Counted from the first letter of the stretch, positions 1-10,051 are shown. The stretch: 64,000 bases of DNA from an uncultured Marinilabiliaceae bacterium (GCA_964403175.1 CAYOFH010000002.1:9848-73847); one strand, 5' to 3'. Notes: a model not told the origin generated them from the sequence alone. Numbers and translations: made by a program.

Positions 1-1
1 G

Positions 2-601
2 GCCGAACAAAGCGGGTACATTGCAGATATTGGATATGAAACCTATCAACGAATACTTCAGGAAGCAATGCTGGAGTTACGTGAAGATGAATTCCCGGAT
101 CTCTTCAAAGATGAGCCAAAGCCCGGCGGGAATTCAATTACCTACACGCACGACTGTCAGATAGAGACTGATGAAGCGGTAAGGATTCCGGATGAATATG
201 TGAATAATACCGCTGAACGCATGGATCTGTACCGTGAATTGGATAACATAGAAAAGGAAGAAGATCTTCAAAAATTTGAAGCCAATCTTACCGATCGTTT
301 CGGTCCAATTCCAGCACCTGCCCGGTCGTTACTTGAAGTAGTAAGAGTACGAATGAAAGCAAAAACCATGGGAATCACCCGGCTTTTGTTAAAAAATCAG
401 ACCGCCAGGCTGAATTTCATTGACAATCCACAATCAGGATTTTATCAATCGGAATGTTTCGGCAATATCCTGCAGTGGGTTCAGCAGCATCCCAAAGAAG
501 TACAGATGCAACAAAAAAATGAAAAGCTGGTTTTAATCATCAAAAATATTAAAAGCATTGAAAGCCTGAAAAACAAACTAAATGAAATTACAGCGGAATA
601 A
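2..601 (+). CDS. mfd: Transcription-repair coupling factor, C-terminal part (5'-truncated by window)
   Basis: Frame open from base 2: AEQSGYIADIGYETYQRILQEAM, then IPDEYV..ERMDLYREL..LTDRFGPIP (TRCF domain). Confidence 0.95.
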   Translation, partial: AEQSGYIADIGYETYQRILQEAMLELREDEFPDLFKDEPKPGGNSITYTHDCQIETDEAVRIPDEYVNNTAERMDLYRELDNIEKEEDLQKFEANLTDRFGPIPAPARSLLEVVRVRMKAKTMGITRLLLKNQTARLNFIDNPQSGFYQSECFGNILQWVQQHPKEVQMQQKNEKLVLIIKNIKSIESLKNKLNEITAE

Positions 602-634
602 ACACTCTTTTAAACAGTTAAATACTGACAGTTT

Positions 635-642
635 TACCTTTG
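635..642 (+). promoter_or_regulatory. Bacteroidetes sigma-A -7 element TACCTTTG with no downstream + strand gene
   Basis: Exact TAnnTTTG match between two convergent genes, 14 nt before repeat copy 1. Confidence 0.5.
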
Positions 643-655
643 CAGTGTGCAGGCT

Positions 656-760
656 TTCATCCGTAAATATTTAGTTTAATTAATTGGTCTGATGGAACTC
701 AGATGGTTGTAATTTATACATATCCTGTTGTGACAATCCTTGACATGCTCGTTTCATCAG
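656..760 (-). repeat. Dispersed ~97-bp hairpin element, copy 1
   Basis: TTCAT(656)...ATTGGTCTGATGGAACTC...CATGCTCGTTTCAT(757)CAG; aligns with 14285-14385 and 29023-29127. Confidence 0.9.
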
Positions 761-801
761 AAAAACTTTACACTTTAGAACATAACAACAGTAACAAGCC
801 T

Positions 802-1902
802 TTAAATATTTTTCAGCGGACCCTGCTTATTTAAGGCTTCCTGAAGAACAACAAGAATTTTTTCTGCTTCACCCTGTCCGTTACTCATCACATACCCCCG
901 GCATTTGAGGTGATGTGTAGTAGTTTCAATGATAATACTTACAGGATCTTTACTTTTATGATTAAAAATATTGGCAAGGGCTCCCCGGTCAATATTCATC
1001 CAGGGGCGCATGGTAAAAACCGAATGCCCGCGCATGTCAAAGGCAGGATTGACGTACTCCCGGAATGCCGGATTATAATCCATCACCTCAAATAAGTTGT
1101 TAATCAGCAGCACCGGCCCGCTTCCTGTCAGGGCAGCATCCCGCCATTTCTCAAGTTCATCTATTTGTGCCAGATAATCAGAGATTTCCACGAGTCCCAG
1201 CTGAAAAGCAGGGCGACCATTAAAAGGAATCCGGGAAGTGTGAATCACAACTTTCAATGGCTTTTGATGAAAAGTTTTTATCTGAATATGGAAAGGTTCT
1301 ATTTCTTCCGAAACATCATCATTGAGGACACTCTCCAAAACAGGCATAAATTCATCATCCACAAAATCGATCAGAGGGGTTCCCACAATATCTTCCATAT
1401 AATGAGTCTTAAAAAGGTCGAGGGCCAGATTATTCAAATACCTGATAATGCCATCCTGTACAATAGTAATGGGTATGGGAGCCTTTGAGATATAATTTCG
1501 GAAACTTTGCTCTCTCTTTTTCTGATCCAGATCTGCCTTATGTTTATAATAAGCCAGTTCAATTGTAATTCCAAGCTCCTTTTTGGTAACAGGCTTTACC
1601 AGATACCCATAAGAATTAGAAGAGATAGCCCTGTTTACTACCTCGGAACTTGTATCACTTGTAACAAAAATAACAGGCACTTCACACTCCCGCTGGATAT
1701 TTTCAGCTGCCTGAATTCCATCCAGGTCACCCTCAAGATGAATATCCATCAGTACAATATCCGGTTTGTGCACTTTACACTCCTCAAGAGCAGCGGCACC
1801 ATCCTTACAACGACCGATAATCTCAAATCCCAAATCTTTTATAAACAATGAAAATATTGCAGAAATGAAACGATCATCTTCAACAATCAAAACTTTTCGC
1901 AT
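802..1902 (-). CDS. Response regulator receiver + PAS domain(s), no evident output domain
   Basis: VLIVEDD, DIVLMDIHLEGDLDG, YGYLVKP receiver motifs followed by PAS-like segments; ATG at 1902 preferred to TTG at 1914. Confidence 0.85.
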   Translation of the reverse strand: MRKVLIVEDDRFISAIFSLFIKDLGFEIIGRCKDGAAALEECKVHKPDIVLMDIHLEGDLDGIQAAENIQRECEVPVIFVTSDTSSEVVNRAISSNSYGYLVKPVTKKELGITIELAYYKHKADLDQKKREQSFRNYISKAPIPITIVQDGIIRYLNNLALDLFKTHYMEDIVGTPLIDFVDDEFMPVLESVLNDDVSEEIEPFHIQIKTFHQKPLKVVIHTSRIPFNGRPAFQLGLVEISDYLAQIDELEKWRDAALTGSGPVLLINNLFEVMDYNPAFREYVNPAFDMRGHSVFTMRPWMNIDRGALANIFNHKSKDPVSIIIETTTHHLKCRGYVMSNGQGEAEKILVVLQEALNKQGPLKNI

Positions 1903-1950
1903 AATATGGTACAATTTTTGGGAACATTCCCGAAACTAAAAAAGTTAAAC

Positions 1951-1958
1951 TAAATTTG
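1951..1958 (+). promoter_or_regulatory. -7 promoter element TAAATTTG for the coaX operon
   Basis: TAnnTTTG match ~90 nt upstream of coaX. Confidence 0.55.
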
Positions 1959-2044
1959 CTCCCAGGGTTAGGTTACACAGAAATAATATTACAATAACCT
2001 ATGAATAAACCAGGTTAAAAACGGCCCTCAAACAATTTTCGAAT

Positions 2045-2761
2045 ATGAATTTAACAATTGATCAGGGAAATAGCAGCACGAAAATAGGTTTTTTTGACAA
2101 GGGGAAACTAATTTCCACTCACAAGCTTGTTTTCCTTGACAAAAGTTCATTGTCAGAATTGGTAAAAAAACACTCACCGGAAAATGCTATAATTTCTTCA
2201 GTAACCAATGAAAACGGCATACCCGAGGATTTGGGGCTCAACATACCGGGGAAAATATTATTTTTTGATCATCAGACCCCAATTCCGATAGAGAACAGAT
2301 ACAAAACGCCTGAGACTTTGGGTAAAGACAGACTTGCAGCCGTGATCGGAGCGGCTGCCCTATACCCGGACACTCCTTTATTGGTAGTAGATGCAGGAAC
2401 GGCCATTACTTTCGACCTGATTCACCAAAATATTTTTTACGGTGGTAATATTTCTCCCGGACTGAAAATGCGGTTTGACGCATTACATCAACAAACCAAA
2501 AAATTACCCCGGACAAACGATAGCATAAGCCCTTTTTGGGGAACCAGCACCATTGAAGCCATTCGTTCAGGAGTCAGAAACAGTCTGTTGATGGAATTTG
2601 AAGGTTACATAAAAACCATAAAAGAACAATATCCTAATGCAAAGATCATTCTAACCGGAGGGGATGCAGATTTTTTTGTCAGCTACACAAAAAGTGTCAT
2701 CTTTGCACAACCAAATCTTGTACTTTCCGGATTAAACCGAATAATTGAATACAATGTATAG
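2045..2761 (+). CDS. coaX: Type III pantothenate kinase
   Basis: IDQGNSSTK, LGKDR, VVDAGTAITFD, GGNISPG, ILTGGDA motifs. Confidence 0.95.
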   Translation: MNLTIDQGNSSTKIGFFDKGKLISTHKLVFLDKSSLSELVKKHSPENAIISSVTNENGIPEDLGLNIPGKILFFDHQTPIPIENRYKTPETLGKDRLAAVIGAAALYPDTPLLVVDAGTAITFDLIHQNIFYGGNISPGLKMRFDALHQQTKKLPRTNDSISPFWGTSTIEAIRSGVRNSLLMEFEGYIKTIKEQYPNAKIILTGGDADFFVSYTKSVIFAQPNLVLSGLNRIIEYNV

Positions 2762-4028
2762 AAATAACAGATTTCATCTTCTTTTGCTTGCAGCACTTTT
2801 GGTGTCAACGGCCACATTCAGTCAAAAAAGAACCTACTCTCCTTTTTCCCGATATGGACTAGGAGAACTCAACACCACCGGTTACGGACAGAATGCCGCA
2901 ATGGGTAATACCGGTATCGGTTTAAAAAGCGATAATCATCTTAACATCCTCAATCCTGCCTCCTATTCAGGTATAGACACCATGTCGTTCTTTTTCGAAG
3001 CAGGAATATCGGGATTTTCCCAGAAATTTTCTTCCGAAGAGGGAAAAGAAACGTATAACAATATTGACTTCACTTATTTTGCAATGGGATTTCCCATCTC
3101 ACGAAAAATTCACACCTCATTTGGATTAAGACCCTTTTCCAATTCAGGCTACAAATTTGAATTTTCAGATGATACAAACCTCAACAAAGCCATTGGAACG
3201 GGAAATCTCACCTCCGCTTACGGAGGATTATCTTTCAAACCATCGGACAATTTTTCATTGGGAATCCATGGAAGTTTTCTTTTTGGCAATATTCAGCACA
3301 CCACTTTCATCGAATTTCCTGATGATGAAGAAGCTTACAAGTATGGTGTCCAATCGGAGCTTCACGCCAGTGACTTCTTTTTTGATCTGGGCGCTCAGTA
3401 CACCCAACCGATATCACCAGATGAGTCTCTGACTGTTGGCCTTACTTTTCGCCCGAACACAGCAATTAAGGGTGATTTTCAAAGAACTGTAGCCAAAGGA
3501 AATAATTATGCAGATGACGGGAGGCTGTTTGGCTCAAATTATGTAATTCCTGAGGCTTCAGACACTTCAAATATTTCAGGCTTTGACATGGCTCAATCCC
3601 TGGGCGTTGGATTATCCTACCGGAAAAATGATCAACTTTTACTGGCCGCAGATTTTGTCACTTCCAAATGGGGAGATGTAACTTTCCCCGACGGACATAC
3701 GCAGACCACCAATAGCATGCAGATGTCAGCAGGAGCCGAATATACTCCTGACAGCCGTTCGGAAAACTATCTTTCCCGCATGAAATATCGTGGTGGGGTG
3801 AAGTTTGGAGAAGAGTACATTCAAATTGGGAATGACAAAATCAACAACTTTGGCATAACTTTTGGTATTGGTTTACCATACAATAGATCAAAGACCTCAG
3901 TTAACCTGGTTTTTGAGTATGGAAACAGGAAGCCAACGGGCAATCTGGATATGACTGAGACATATGGTAAATTCACATTGAATTTCACATTCCATGAGTT
4001 TTGGTTCAACAAATGGAAGTTTCAGTAA
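2754..4028 (+). CDS. Outer-membrane beta-barrel protein (FadL-like)
   Basis: Signal peptide, SPFSRYGLG, NPASYS, amphipathic strands, aromatic C-terminus; usual neighbour of coaX in Bacteroidota. Confidence 0.75.
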   Translation: MYRNNRFHLLLLAALLVSTATFSQKRTYSPFSRYGLGELNTTGYGQNAAMGNTGIGLKSDNHLNILNPASYSGIDTMSFFFEAGISGFSQKFSSEEGKETYNNIDFTYFAMGFPISRKIHTSFGLRPFSNSGYKFEFSDDTNLNKAIGTGNLTSAYGGLSFKPSDNFSLGIHGSFLFGNIQHTTFIEFPDDEEAYKYGVQSELHASDFFFDLGAQYTQPISPDESLTVGLTFRPNTAIKGDFQRTVAKGNNYADDGRLFGSNYVIPEASDTSNISGFDMAQSLGVGLSYRKNDQLLLAADFVTSKWGDVTFPDGHTQTTNSMQMSAGAEYTPDSRSENYLSRMKYRGGVKFGEEYIQIGNDKINNFGITFGIGLPYNRSKTSVNLVFEYGNRKPTGNLDMTETYGKFTLNFTFHEFWFNKWKFQ

Positions 4029-4070
4029 CCTAAACACCCAAGTCAACAACATTTATTCTGATTTTTTATT

Positions 4071-4078
4071 TACCTTTG
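4071..4078 (+). promoter_or_regulatory. -7 promoter element TACCTTTG
   Basis: Consensus match upstream of the TPR-lptC genes. Confidence 0.6.
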
Positions 4079-4252
4079 CACCTGTTTTAAAAAAAATTGT
4101 TTTTTACTGACACAAATCATTAAAACAACCGGGAATAAAGAGATTACGGGATAACCGAGAAGGCAAAGTAATATCAACAAATCAGACAGAAATAGTATAG
4201 ATCAAAAAGCAAGAGACCAACTATTTCTGATTATAAACAAAAAATTTTTCTC

Positions 4253-5608
4253 ATGAAAGCGTTTGCAATAATAACATTAGGAATGCTGTTGTCAACAGTT
4301 CAGGCTTTTTCTCAAAAAGGAGTGGAAGACGGATCGAAATACGGACAGGGAGAAGACAGCATTACATGCCTGAAAAACCTCTCCCTTTACACGGAGCTGG
4401 CTAAACAGAACCGCTATGATGAAGCTTTCCCTTATTGGGAAGAAGCATTTAATGATTGTCCTTTATCTACCCGCAGACTCTATACCGACGGGGTGAAAAT
4501 CATGAGACACAAATTAATAAATGCTGACAGCCAGGCCGATAAAGATAAGCATTTCAAAGAGCTTATGAATGTTTATGACCAACGTATTAAGTACTTTGGA
4601 GATCACCCCCGCTATGGCGTACCTTATATAAAAGGATTGAAAGCCATTGATATGCTGAAATTCAAAAAACAAGACAGTGAAGTAAGGAAAGAGGCATATC
4701 AGATTTTAAAAGAATCCATTGAAGGAGGCAAAGAATCTACTCAAGCAGCTGTTTTTGCCGTTTTCATGACCAATACAGTGGCCTTGTTCAAAGATGGCGA
4801 AATCACTGCAGAAGAGGTAGTAAACAACTACACAACTACCACCGACCTGCTGAATGCCCAGATAGAAAACCCCAGGATGGCCAAACGCAAAGATACTCTT
4901 AAGAATCTGGCAGAAAGAATTGAAGGGTTATTTGCACGCAGTGGTGCTGCAGATTGTAACACTCTGGACAGAATTTTCTCTCCACAACTTGAAGATCATA
5001 AAGATGATCTCCCCTGGTTGAAGCGTGTCAGTCGCCTGCTGGCTCAGGAACTATGTGAAGACATGGAACTTCTCTACAAAGTATCGGAATATCAGCACCA
5101 GATAGAACCCTCACATTCATCAGCTTATGGACTTGCACGTATGTACCTGAAATCAGAAGAAACAGACCGTGCAGTTGAGTTCTATGAGGAAGCCATTAAC
5201 CTGGTGGAAGATGAAGAGCAGGAAGCAAAATATTATTACCAGTTAGGATTGGTTCATCTTTCTCAGAATAAATTTTCACAAGCGCGTTCAAATGCCTTAA
5301 AAGCAATTGATGCCAATCCTGAATGGGGAGAGCCATATATATTGATTGGTAAAGCATACGCAACATCAGCAAATTCTATTGGTGATGATGAATTCACTCA
5401 TAAAACAGCTTATTGGGCAGCAGTTGATAAATTCAACCGTGCCAAATCAGTTGATTCTTCCGTCGCTGATGAAGCTAACGAACTGATAAGAGTATATCGT
5501 CAGCATTTCCCCGAAGAAAAGGAAGTATTCTTTCAGGGTTTTGAGAATGGTCAGTCTTACAAAGTAGGCGGATGGATTGACGAGAATACGACTGTCAGAA
5601 CAAAATAA
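4253..5608 (+). CDS. Exported TPR-repeat protein
   Basis: Signal peptide; TPR-like helices (AYGLARMY, YYYQLGLVH, PYILIGKAY). Confidence 0.85.
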   Translation: MKAFAIITLGMLLSTVQAFSQKGVEDGSKYGQGEDSITCLKNLSLYTELAKQNRYDEAFPYWEEAFNDCPLSTRRLYTDGVKIMRHKLINADSQADKDKHFKELMNVYDQRIKYFGDHPRYGVPYIKGLKAIDMLKFKKQDSEVRKEAYQILKESIEGGKESTQAAVFAVFMTNTVALFKDGEITAEEVVNNYTTTTDLLNAQIENPRMAKRKDTLKNLAERIEGLFARSGAADCNTLDRIFSPQLEDHKDDLPWLKRVSRLLAQELCEDMELLYKVSEYQHQIEPSHSSAYGLARMYLKSEETDRAVEFYEEAINLVEDEEQEAKYYYQLGLVHLSQNKFSQARSNALKAIDANPEWGEPYILIGKAYATSANSIGDDEFTHKTAYWAAVDKFNRAKSVDSSVADEANELIRVYRQHFPEEKEVFFQGFENGQSYKVGGWIDENTTVRTK

Positions 5609-5610
5609 AG

Positions 5611-6195
5611 ATGAAACACAGATTTTTCAACAAAAAAAATCACTATACAACAGCAGGCAGTATTTTTTTACTGCTTGCTGTTATTGTTTTTACCTGGTCA
5701 TGCCAGTCAAACACCCATGAAGAAATAAAAGCTGTTGTTGATGAGGAGAACTTCCCTTCATTATCGGTGCTTGATCTGGAAACAGCCATAACGGACTCGG
5801 GAAAAGTAGCTTATCAATTTATAACTCCTGAGATGAATCAATATGATAATCTGCAGAAACCATACACAGAATTTCCTGAAGGTTTGCACCTGATCATCTT
5901 TAATGACCAGCAGGAAATTGATGCCCAGATAAAGAGCCGTTATGCTATCTATCACGAAAGTAAAGAATTGTGGGAACTGCAAGACAACGTAGAAGCAGTA
6001 AACTTCAATAATGAAGTAATTAACACAGAACAAATGTTTTGGGATTCCCGAAATAAAACGATTTATTCAGATGAGTTTGTAAAGATTACCACCGATCAGG
6101 AAATTCTTACAGGCTATGGATTTGAAGCCGATGAAAGACTGGAGGATTATACAATCAAACGAATCAGCGGAATTTTAAGCGTGGAAGAAGAATAA
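5611..6195 (+). CDS. lptC: LPS export periplasmic protein LptC
   Basis: N-terminal anchor; EFPEGL, NTEQMFWD, IYSDEFVKI, GYGFEAD typical of Bacteroidota LptC. Confidence 0.85.
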   Translation: MKHRFFNKKNHYTTAGSIFLLLAVIVFTWSCQSNTHEEIKAVVDEENFPSLSVLDLETAITDSGKVAYQFITPEMNQYDNLQKPYTEFPEGLHLIIFNDQQEIDAQIKSRYAIYHESKELWELQDNVEAVNFNNEVINTEQMFWDSRNKTIYSDEFVKITTDQEILTGYGFEADERLEDYTIKRISGILSVEEE

Positions 6196-6332
6196 TAAAG
6201 ATTTTTTTTATCTTGCAGAAAGAACAGAGCAGGTTAAAAGTTTAAGAATCTTAAAAATAATTGATTATTCACTCATCAATTTTCTTTGCGATTGAAAGCA
6301 TTTATTGGTATTTGAATATCTCAACACAAAAA

Positions 6333-6422
6333 CTAATGAAACAAGCATGGCAGTGTTTGCCTCAAAAGAACATGAATAAGTTCTTGCATGCGAGTTTCAT
6401 CAGACCAATAACTTAGACGAAT
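6333..6422 (+). repeat. Dispersed hairpin element, copy 2 (11-nt deletion in tail)
   Basis: CTAATGAAACAAGCATGGCAGTGTTTGCCTCAAAAGAAC...CATGCGAGTTTCATCAGACCAATAACTTAG-ACGAAT; near-identical to the reverse complement of copy 3. Confidence 0.92.
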
Positions 6423-6474
6423 TTTTCACTGATAAATAACCCATGCTAATAAAATCAACTTTTTCATTTGAATA

Positions 6475-7737
6475 ATGGAATATCTACCCATCATTATTGC
6501 TACTATATTATTCTCGGCATTTTTCTCCGGAAGTAAAATGGCGTTTCTCTCTGCCAACAAATTACATATTGAATTAAACCGCCGTACCAACCCCCGGATA
6601 GCAATACTAATTGATCGCTTTTTGCGGAAACCCGGCATATTTATTACCACCATTCTGATAGGCCACAGTATTGCACTGGTGGTATATGGCATTTATATGG
6701 GAACGCTGTTTGAGCCCATCATTGCCAGCTATTTTTCATCAGATTTTTCAATTTTACTGCTTCAAATCATTATTTCGACCATAATAATTCTGATAACAGC
6801 AGAGCTTTTACCAAAAATTATATTTCAGATAAATCCAACCCTGACCCTTAATATCTTCAGTATTCCTCTTACTATATTTTACGTGATTTTTTATCCTGTA
6901 ACCCGTCTTACACTTGGGTTATCCAACTATCTGATCAAAAAATTCACTAAATCCAGTAATCCTGTTTCCACCGAAGATCTGGTAATCGGACGTCTGGACT
7001 TTAATCATCTGCTGGAGGAACATCAGGAAAAAGGTTCTACTGATGAAGAAATACCCCAGGAAGTAAAACTCCTGAAAAATGCTTTGGATTTTTCATACGT
7101 TAAGATCAGGGAATGTACCATTCCGAGAACCGATCTGGAAGCTGTTGATTCCGACGAAAGCATAGAGAATCTGAGACAAAAGTTTATCGAAAGCGGACAT
7201 TCAAAAATTCTTGTTTTCAAAGAAAATATAGATAATATTATAGGATACATTCATGTCTCGGAACTCTTTAAACACCCGCGCAAGCTGAAAAACATCATCA
7301 ACCCCATCACTATAGTGCCTGAAACCATGACGGCCAACAAGCTGCTGGCAACCTTCACCAAAGAACATAGAAGCATTGCACTGGTTGTTGATGAATTCGG
7401 CGGAACATCTGGCATTGTGACACTGGAAGACATATTGGAGGAAATATTTGGAGAAATTAATGATGAACACGATGTTTCCGATTTGGTGGAAAAACAAATT
7501 GAAGACAGCAAATACCACTTTTCAGGTCGTTTCGAAGTAGATTACCTAAACGAAAAATATCAACTGGGTTTGCCGGTTTCGGATGAATATGAGACTCTCG
7601 CCGGAATGATCCTTACCTTTAATGAATCTATCCCCAAAGCCGGCGATGAGATCAAAATCTCTCCTTTTTCTATTCGGATACTAGATGCTACCAGCTCAAA
7701 AATAGAACTGGTGGAACTGGTCAAAGAAGAAGAATAA
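6475..7737 (+). CDS. CNNM/CorB (DUF21-CBS-CorC, hemolysin-family) membrane protein
   Basis: TM helices, CBS pair, VVDEFGGTSGIVTLEDILEEIFGEI, YETLAG. Confidence 0.92.
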   Translation: MEYLPIIIATILFSAFFSGSKMAFLSANKLHIELNRRTNPRIAILIDRFLRKPGIFITTILIGHSIALVVYGIYMGTLFEPIIASYFSSDFSILLLQIIISTIIILITAELLPKIIFQINPTLTLNIFSIPLTIFYVIFYPVTRLTLGLSNYLIKKFTKSSNPVSTEDLVIGRLDFNHLLEEHQEKGSTDEEIPQEVKLLKNALDFSYVKIRECTIPRTDLEAVDSDESIENLRQKFIESGHSKILVFKENIDNIIGYIHVSELFKHPRKLKNIINPITIVPETMTANKLLATFTKEHRSIALVVDEFGGTSGIVTLEDILEEIFGEINDEHDVSDLVEKQIEDSKYHFSGRFEVDYLNEKYQLGLPVSDEYETLAGMILTFNESIPKAGDEIKISPFSIRILDATSSKIELVELVKEEE

Positions 7738-7860
7738 TAATTGGTCCGTTTCCATAATCATTATAAATTCGCGCCACTTGTTAAAAGATAGGAAAACGGA
7801 TTGTGCAATTTTTTGTATATTCGTCACCTGATTTAAAAAACAAAATTAATCTGTATTCGA

Positions 7861-9954
7861 ATGGCAACTTTAGAAAGAATCAGAAGTAAAGGAGGAGTTC
7901 TTGTAGCCGTAATGATCGGCTTCGCCCTGTTTGCCTTCATAATGACCGACCTGTTCAGCTCAGGCACATCTATTTTTCAAAGATCACAAATGGAAGTGGC
8001 CGAAATCGATGGAGAATCTGTCTCCATTCAGGATTTTCAGGCACGGGTATCAGAAATGGAGGAATACACCCGCCTGAACTCAGGAGAATCTTCTCTTGAC
8101 ACGGAAATGGTAAACCGCCTGAGAGACCAGGCCTGGGATCAGTTAGTAAATGAAGTGTTGATGGGAGAAAAGTACCAGACACTGGGTATTGAAGTAACCT
8201 CGGCAGAATTGCTGGAAATGGTTACCGGAAACAATGTTCATCCCACCATACGACAGCTTTTCAGCGATCCACAGACAGGAGAGTTTAACAAAGAGCAGGT
8301 CATAAATTTCCTGAGATCAAAACAACATGATCCGCAAGCTAATTTTTACTGGACCTTTGTAGAAAAACAAATCCTCAATGAACGGTTATTCAGTAAATAC
8401 TCTGCTCTCCTGCAAAACGGTATGATTGTTACCGACCAATGGGTTGATAGTGAAGAAAAGGCACGTAATGCCAAAGTTGATTTCAACTTTGTTCAAAGTC
8501 GTATTACTTCCATCCCCGATGAAGAAGTAGAAATTACTGACCGTGATATTGAGTCGTATTACGAAAACAACCAGGACGAATTCAAACAGAATCCCAGCCG
8601 GGACATTGAATATCTTACATTTGATGTAGAACCTACTGAGGAAGACCGCGAGCAGACCCGCCAAAGGGTTCTGGAAATGAAAGACGATTTCAGTAATCCT
8701 GATATTGACGCGGCTCAGTTTGTAAGGATTAACTCGGATATTCCTTTCAATTCGAGATACCGGAAAGCCGGTGCTCTGGATGACGAGATCAGGGATTTTG
8801 CCACTACCGCTGAAGAAGGCGAAGTATATGGTCCCTATTTCGAAGAAAGTACATTTAAACTGACCCGCCTGGTAGACGTTGCTCAGTTGCCGGACTCCGT
8901 GAGAGCCAGACATATTCTGTTGCGTCAAAATCCACAGAATCCCGGCGAAGCTGATGAACTGGCAGACAGTTTGATCAACCTTATAAATGACGGAGCTAAC
9001 TTTGCAGAACTTGCACGGCAATACTCTGAAGACCAGGGTTCGGCTGTCAACGGTGGTGATCTGGGTTGGTTCGGCCAGGGAATGATGGTAGAGCCTTTTG
9101 ACGAGGCTGTTTTCTTCGGAAATGAGGGCGACATTGAGAAAGTAGAAACTGAGTTTGGCACTCATATTATTCATATTCAAGACAAAGGAGCACCAACCAC
9201 CAAGTATTTACTGGCTACATTAGGCCGTGAAGTAACTTATAGCTCCCAAACCTATCAGGATATTTATTCGGAAGCTACCAAGTTTGCAGCAATGAATAAT
9301 TCTGCCGATAAGTTTAATGAGGCCATAGAAGAGCAAAACCTGACAAAACGATATGGTCGTGACCTGAACAAAAACGATCGGCAGCTGGGCAACCTCGATT
9401 CGCCCCGTCCTCTTGTAAAATGGGCATTTGAGGCTGAGGAAGGCGATATGTCACCCATTTTTGAACTGGGCGATCAGTTTGTTATTGCAGTATTGACCGA
9501 TATAACAGAGGAAGGCACCATGTCACTTGAATCCGTACGCAGCAGAATAGAACGTCAGTTGCTTAACGACAGGAAAAAAGAGATTCTTGTTGAACGGATG
9601 CAACAGGAAAAAGAAAGTGGCAAGTCATTGCAGGAAATCGCTGAAAGTTTTGAAACAGAGGTTCAGTCAGCTTCAGAAGTTGATTTTAGTGAATTCCAGG
9701 TATCAGGTGCCGGAGTAGAGCCAGCACTCGTTGCTCTTGCAGTATATTCTCCGGTAAACGAAATCTCTCATGCTGCTGCGGGCACTAATGGTGTTTACAT
9801 AGTAGAAGTTACCAACAAGGAAGAAGCACAGGTTGATACTGAACAGGTAAAAGAGCAGCTTGCCACCACACTAAATTCCAAAGTAAGTTATCAATTGCTG
9901 GATGTCATTAGAGATAATGCAGATATTGTTGATAACAGAGCCGAATTTTACTAA
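7861..9954 (+). CDS. ppiD: PpiD/SurA-N family parvulin peptidyl-prolyl isomerase
   Basis: MATLERIR + TM anchor; ARHILL, FAELARQYSED, GGDLGWF, ETEFGTHII. Confidence 0.85.
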   Translation: MATLERIRSKGGVLVAVMIGFALFAFIMTDLFSSGTSIFQRSQMEVAEIDGESVSIQDFQARVSEMEEYTRLNSGESSLDTEMVNRLRDQAWDQLVNEVLMGEKYQTLGIEVTSAELLEMVTGNNVHPTIRQLFSDPQTGEFNKEQVINFLRSKQHDPQANFYWTFVEKQILNERLFSKYSALLQNGMIVTDQWVDSEEKARNAKVDFNFVQSRITSIPDEEVEITDRDIESYYENNQDEFKQNPSRDIEYLTFDVEPTEEDREQTRQRVLEMKDDFSNPDIDAAQFVRINSDIPFNSRYRKAGALDDEIRDFATTAEEGEVYGPYFEESTFKLTRLVDVAQLPDSVRARHILLRQNPQNPGEADELADSLINLINDGANFAELARQYSEDQGSAVNGGDLGWFGQGMMVEPFDEAVFFGNEGDIEKVETEFGTHIIHIQDKGAPTTKYLLATLGREVTYSSQTYQDIYSEATKFAAMNNSADKFNEAIEEQNLTKRYGRDLNKNDRQLGNLDSPRPLVKWAFEAEEGDMSPIFELGDQFVIAVLTDITEEGTMSLESVRSRIERQLLNDRKKEILVERMQQEKESGKSLQEIAESFETEVQSASEVDFSEFQVSGAGVEPALVALAVYSPVNEISHAAAGTNGVYIVEVTNKEEAQVDTEQVKEQLATTLNSKVSYQLLDVIRDNADIVDNRAEFY

Positions 9955-9992
9955 TTGGAAGCTGATAACAACAGATCGTTAGTGATAATATA

Positions 9993-10041
9993 AAACAATA
10001 AAAAAGGCCGTCCCGGTTCGGGACGGCCTTTTTTATTGTTT
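9993..10041. terminator. Bidirectional intrinsic terminator
   Basis: AAACAATAAAAAAGGCCGTCCC-GGTTC-GGGACGGCCTTTTTTATTGTTT between convergent ppiD and yqeY. Confidence 0.92.
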
Positions 10042-10051
10042 CATAATCAAA

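Noticed and set aside
1969-2001. TAGGTTA-N19-TAACCTA inverted repeat upstream of coaX as a BirA-type operator
   Set aside because: Arm orientation and spacing do not fit; 7-bp arms are weak evidence.
8386-9180. 264-aa antisense ORF and the many other shadow ORFs in the track
   Set aside because: They lie opposite or inside well-supported genes and show no recognisable motifs.
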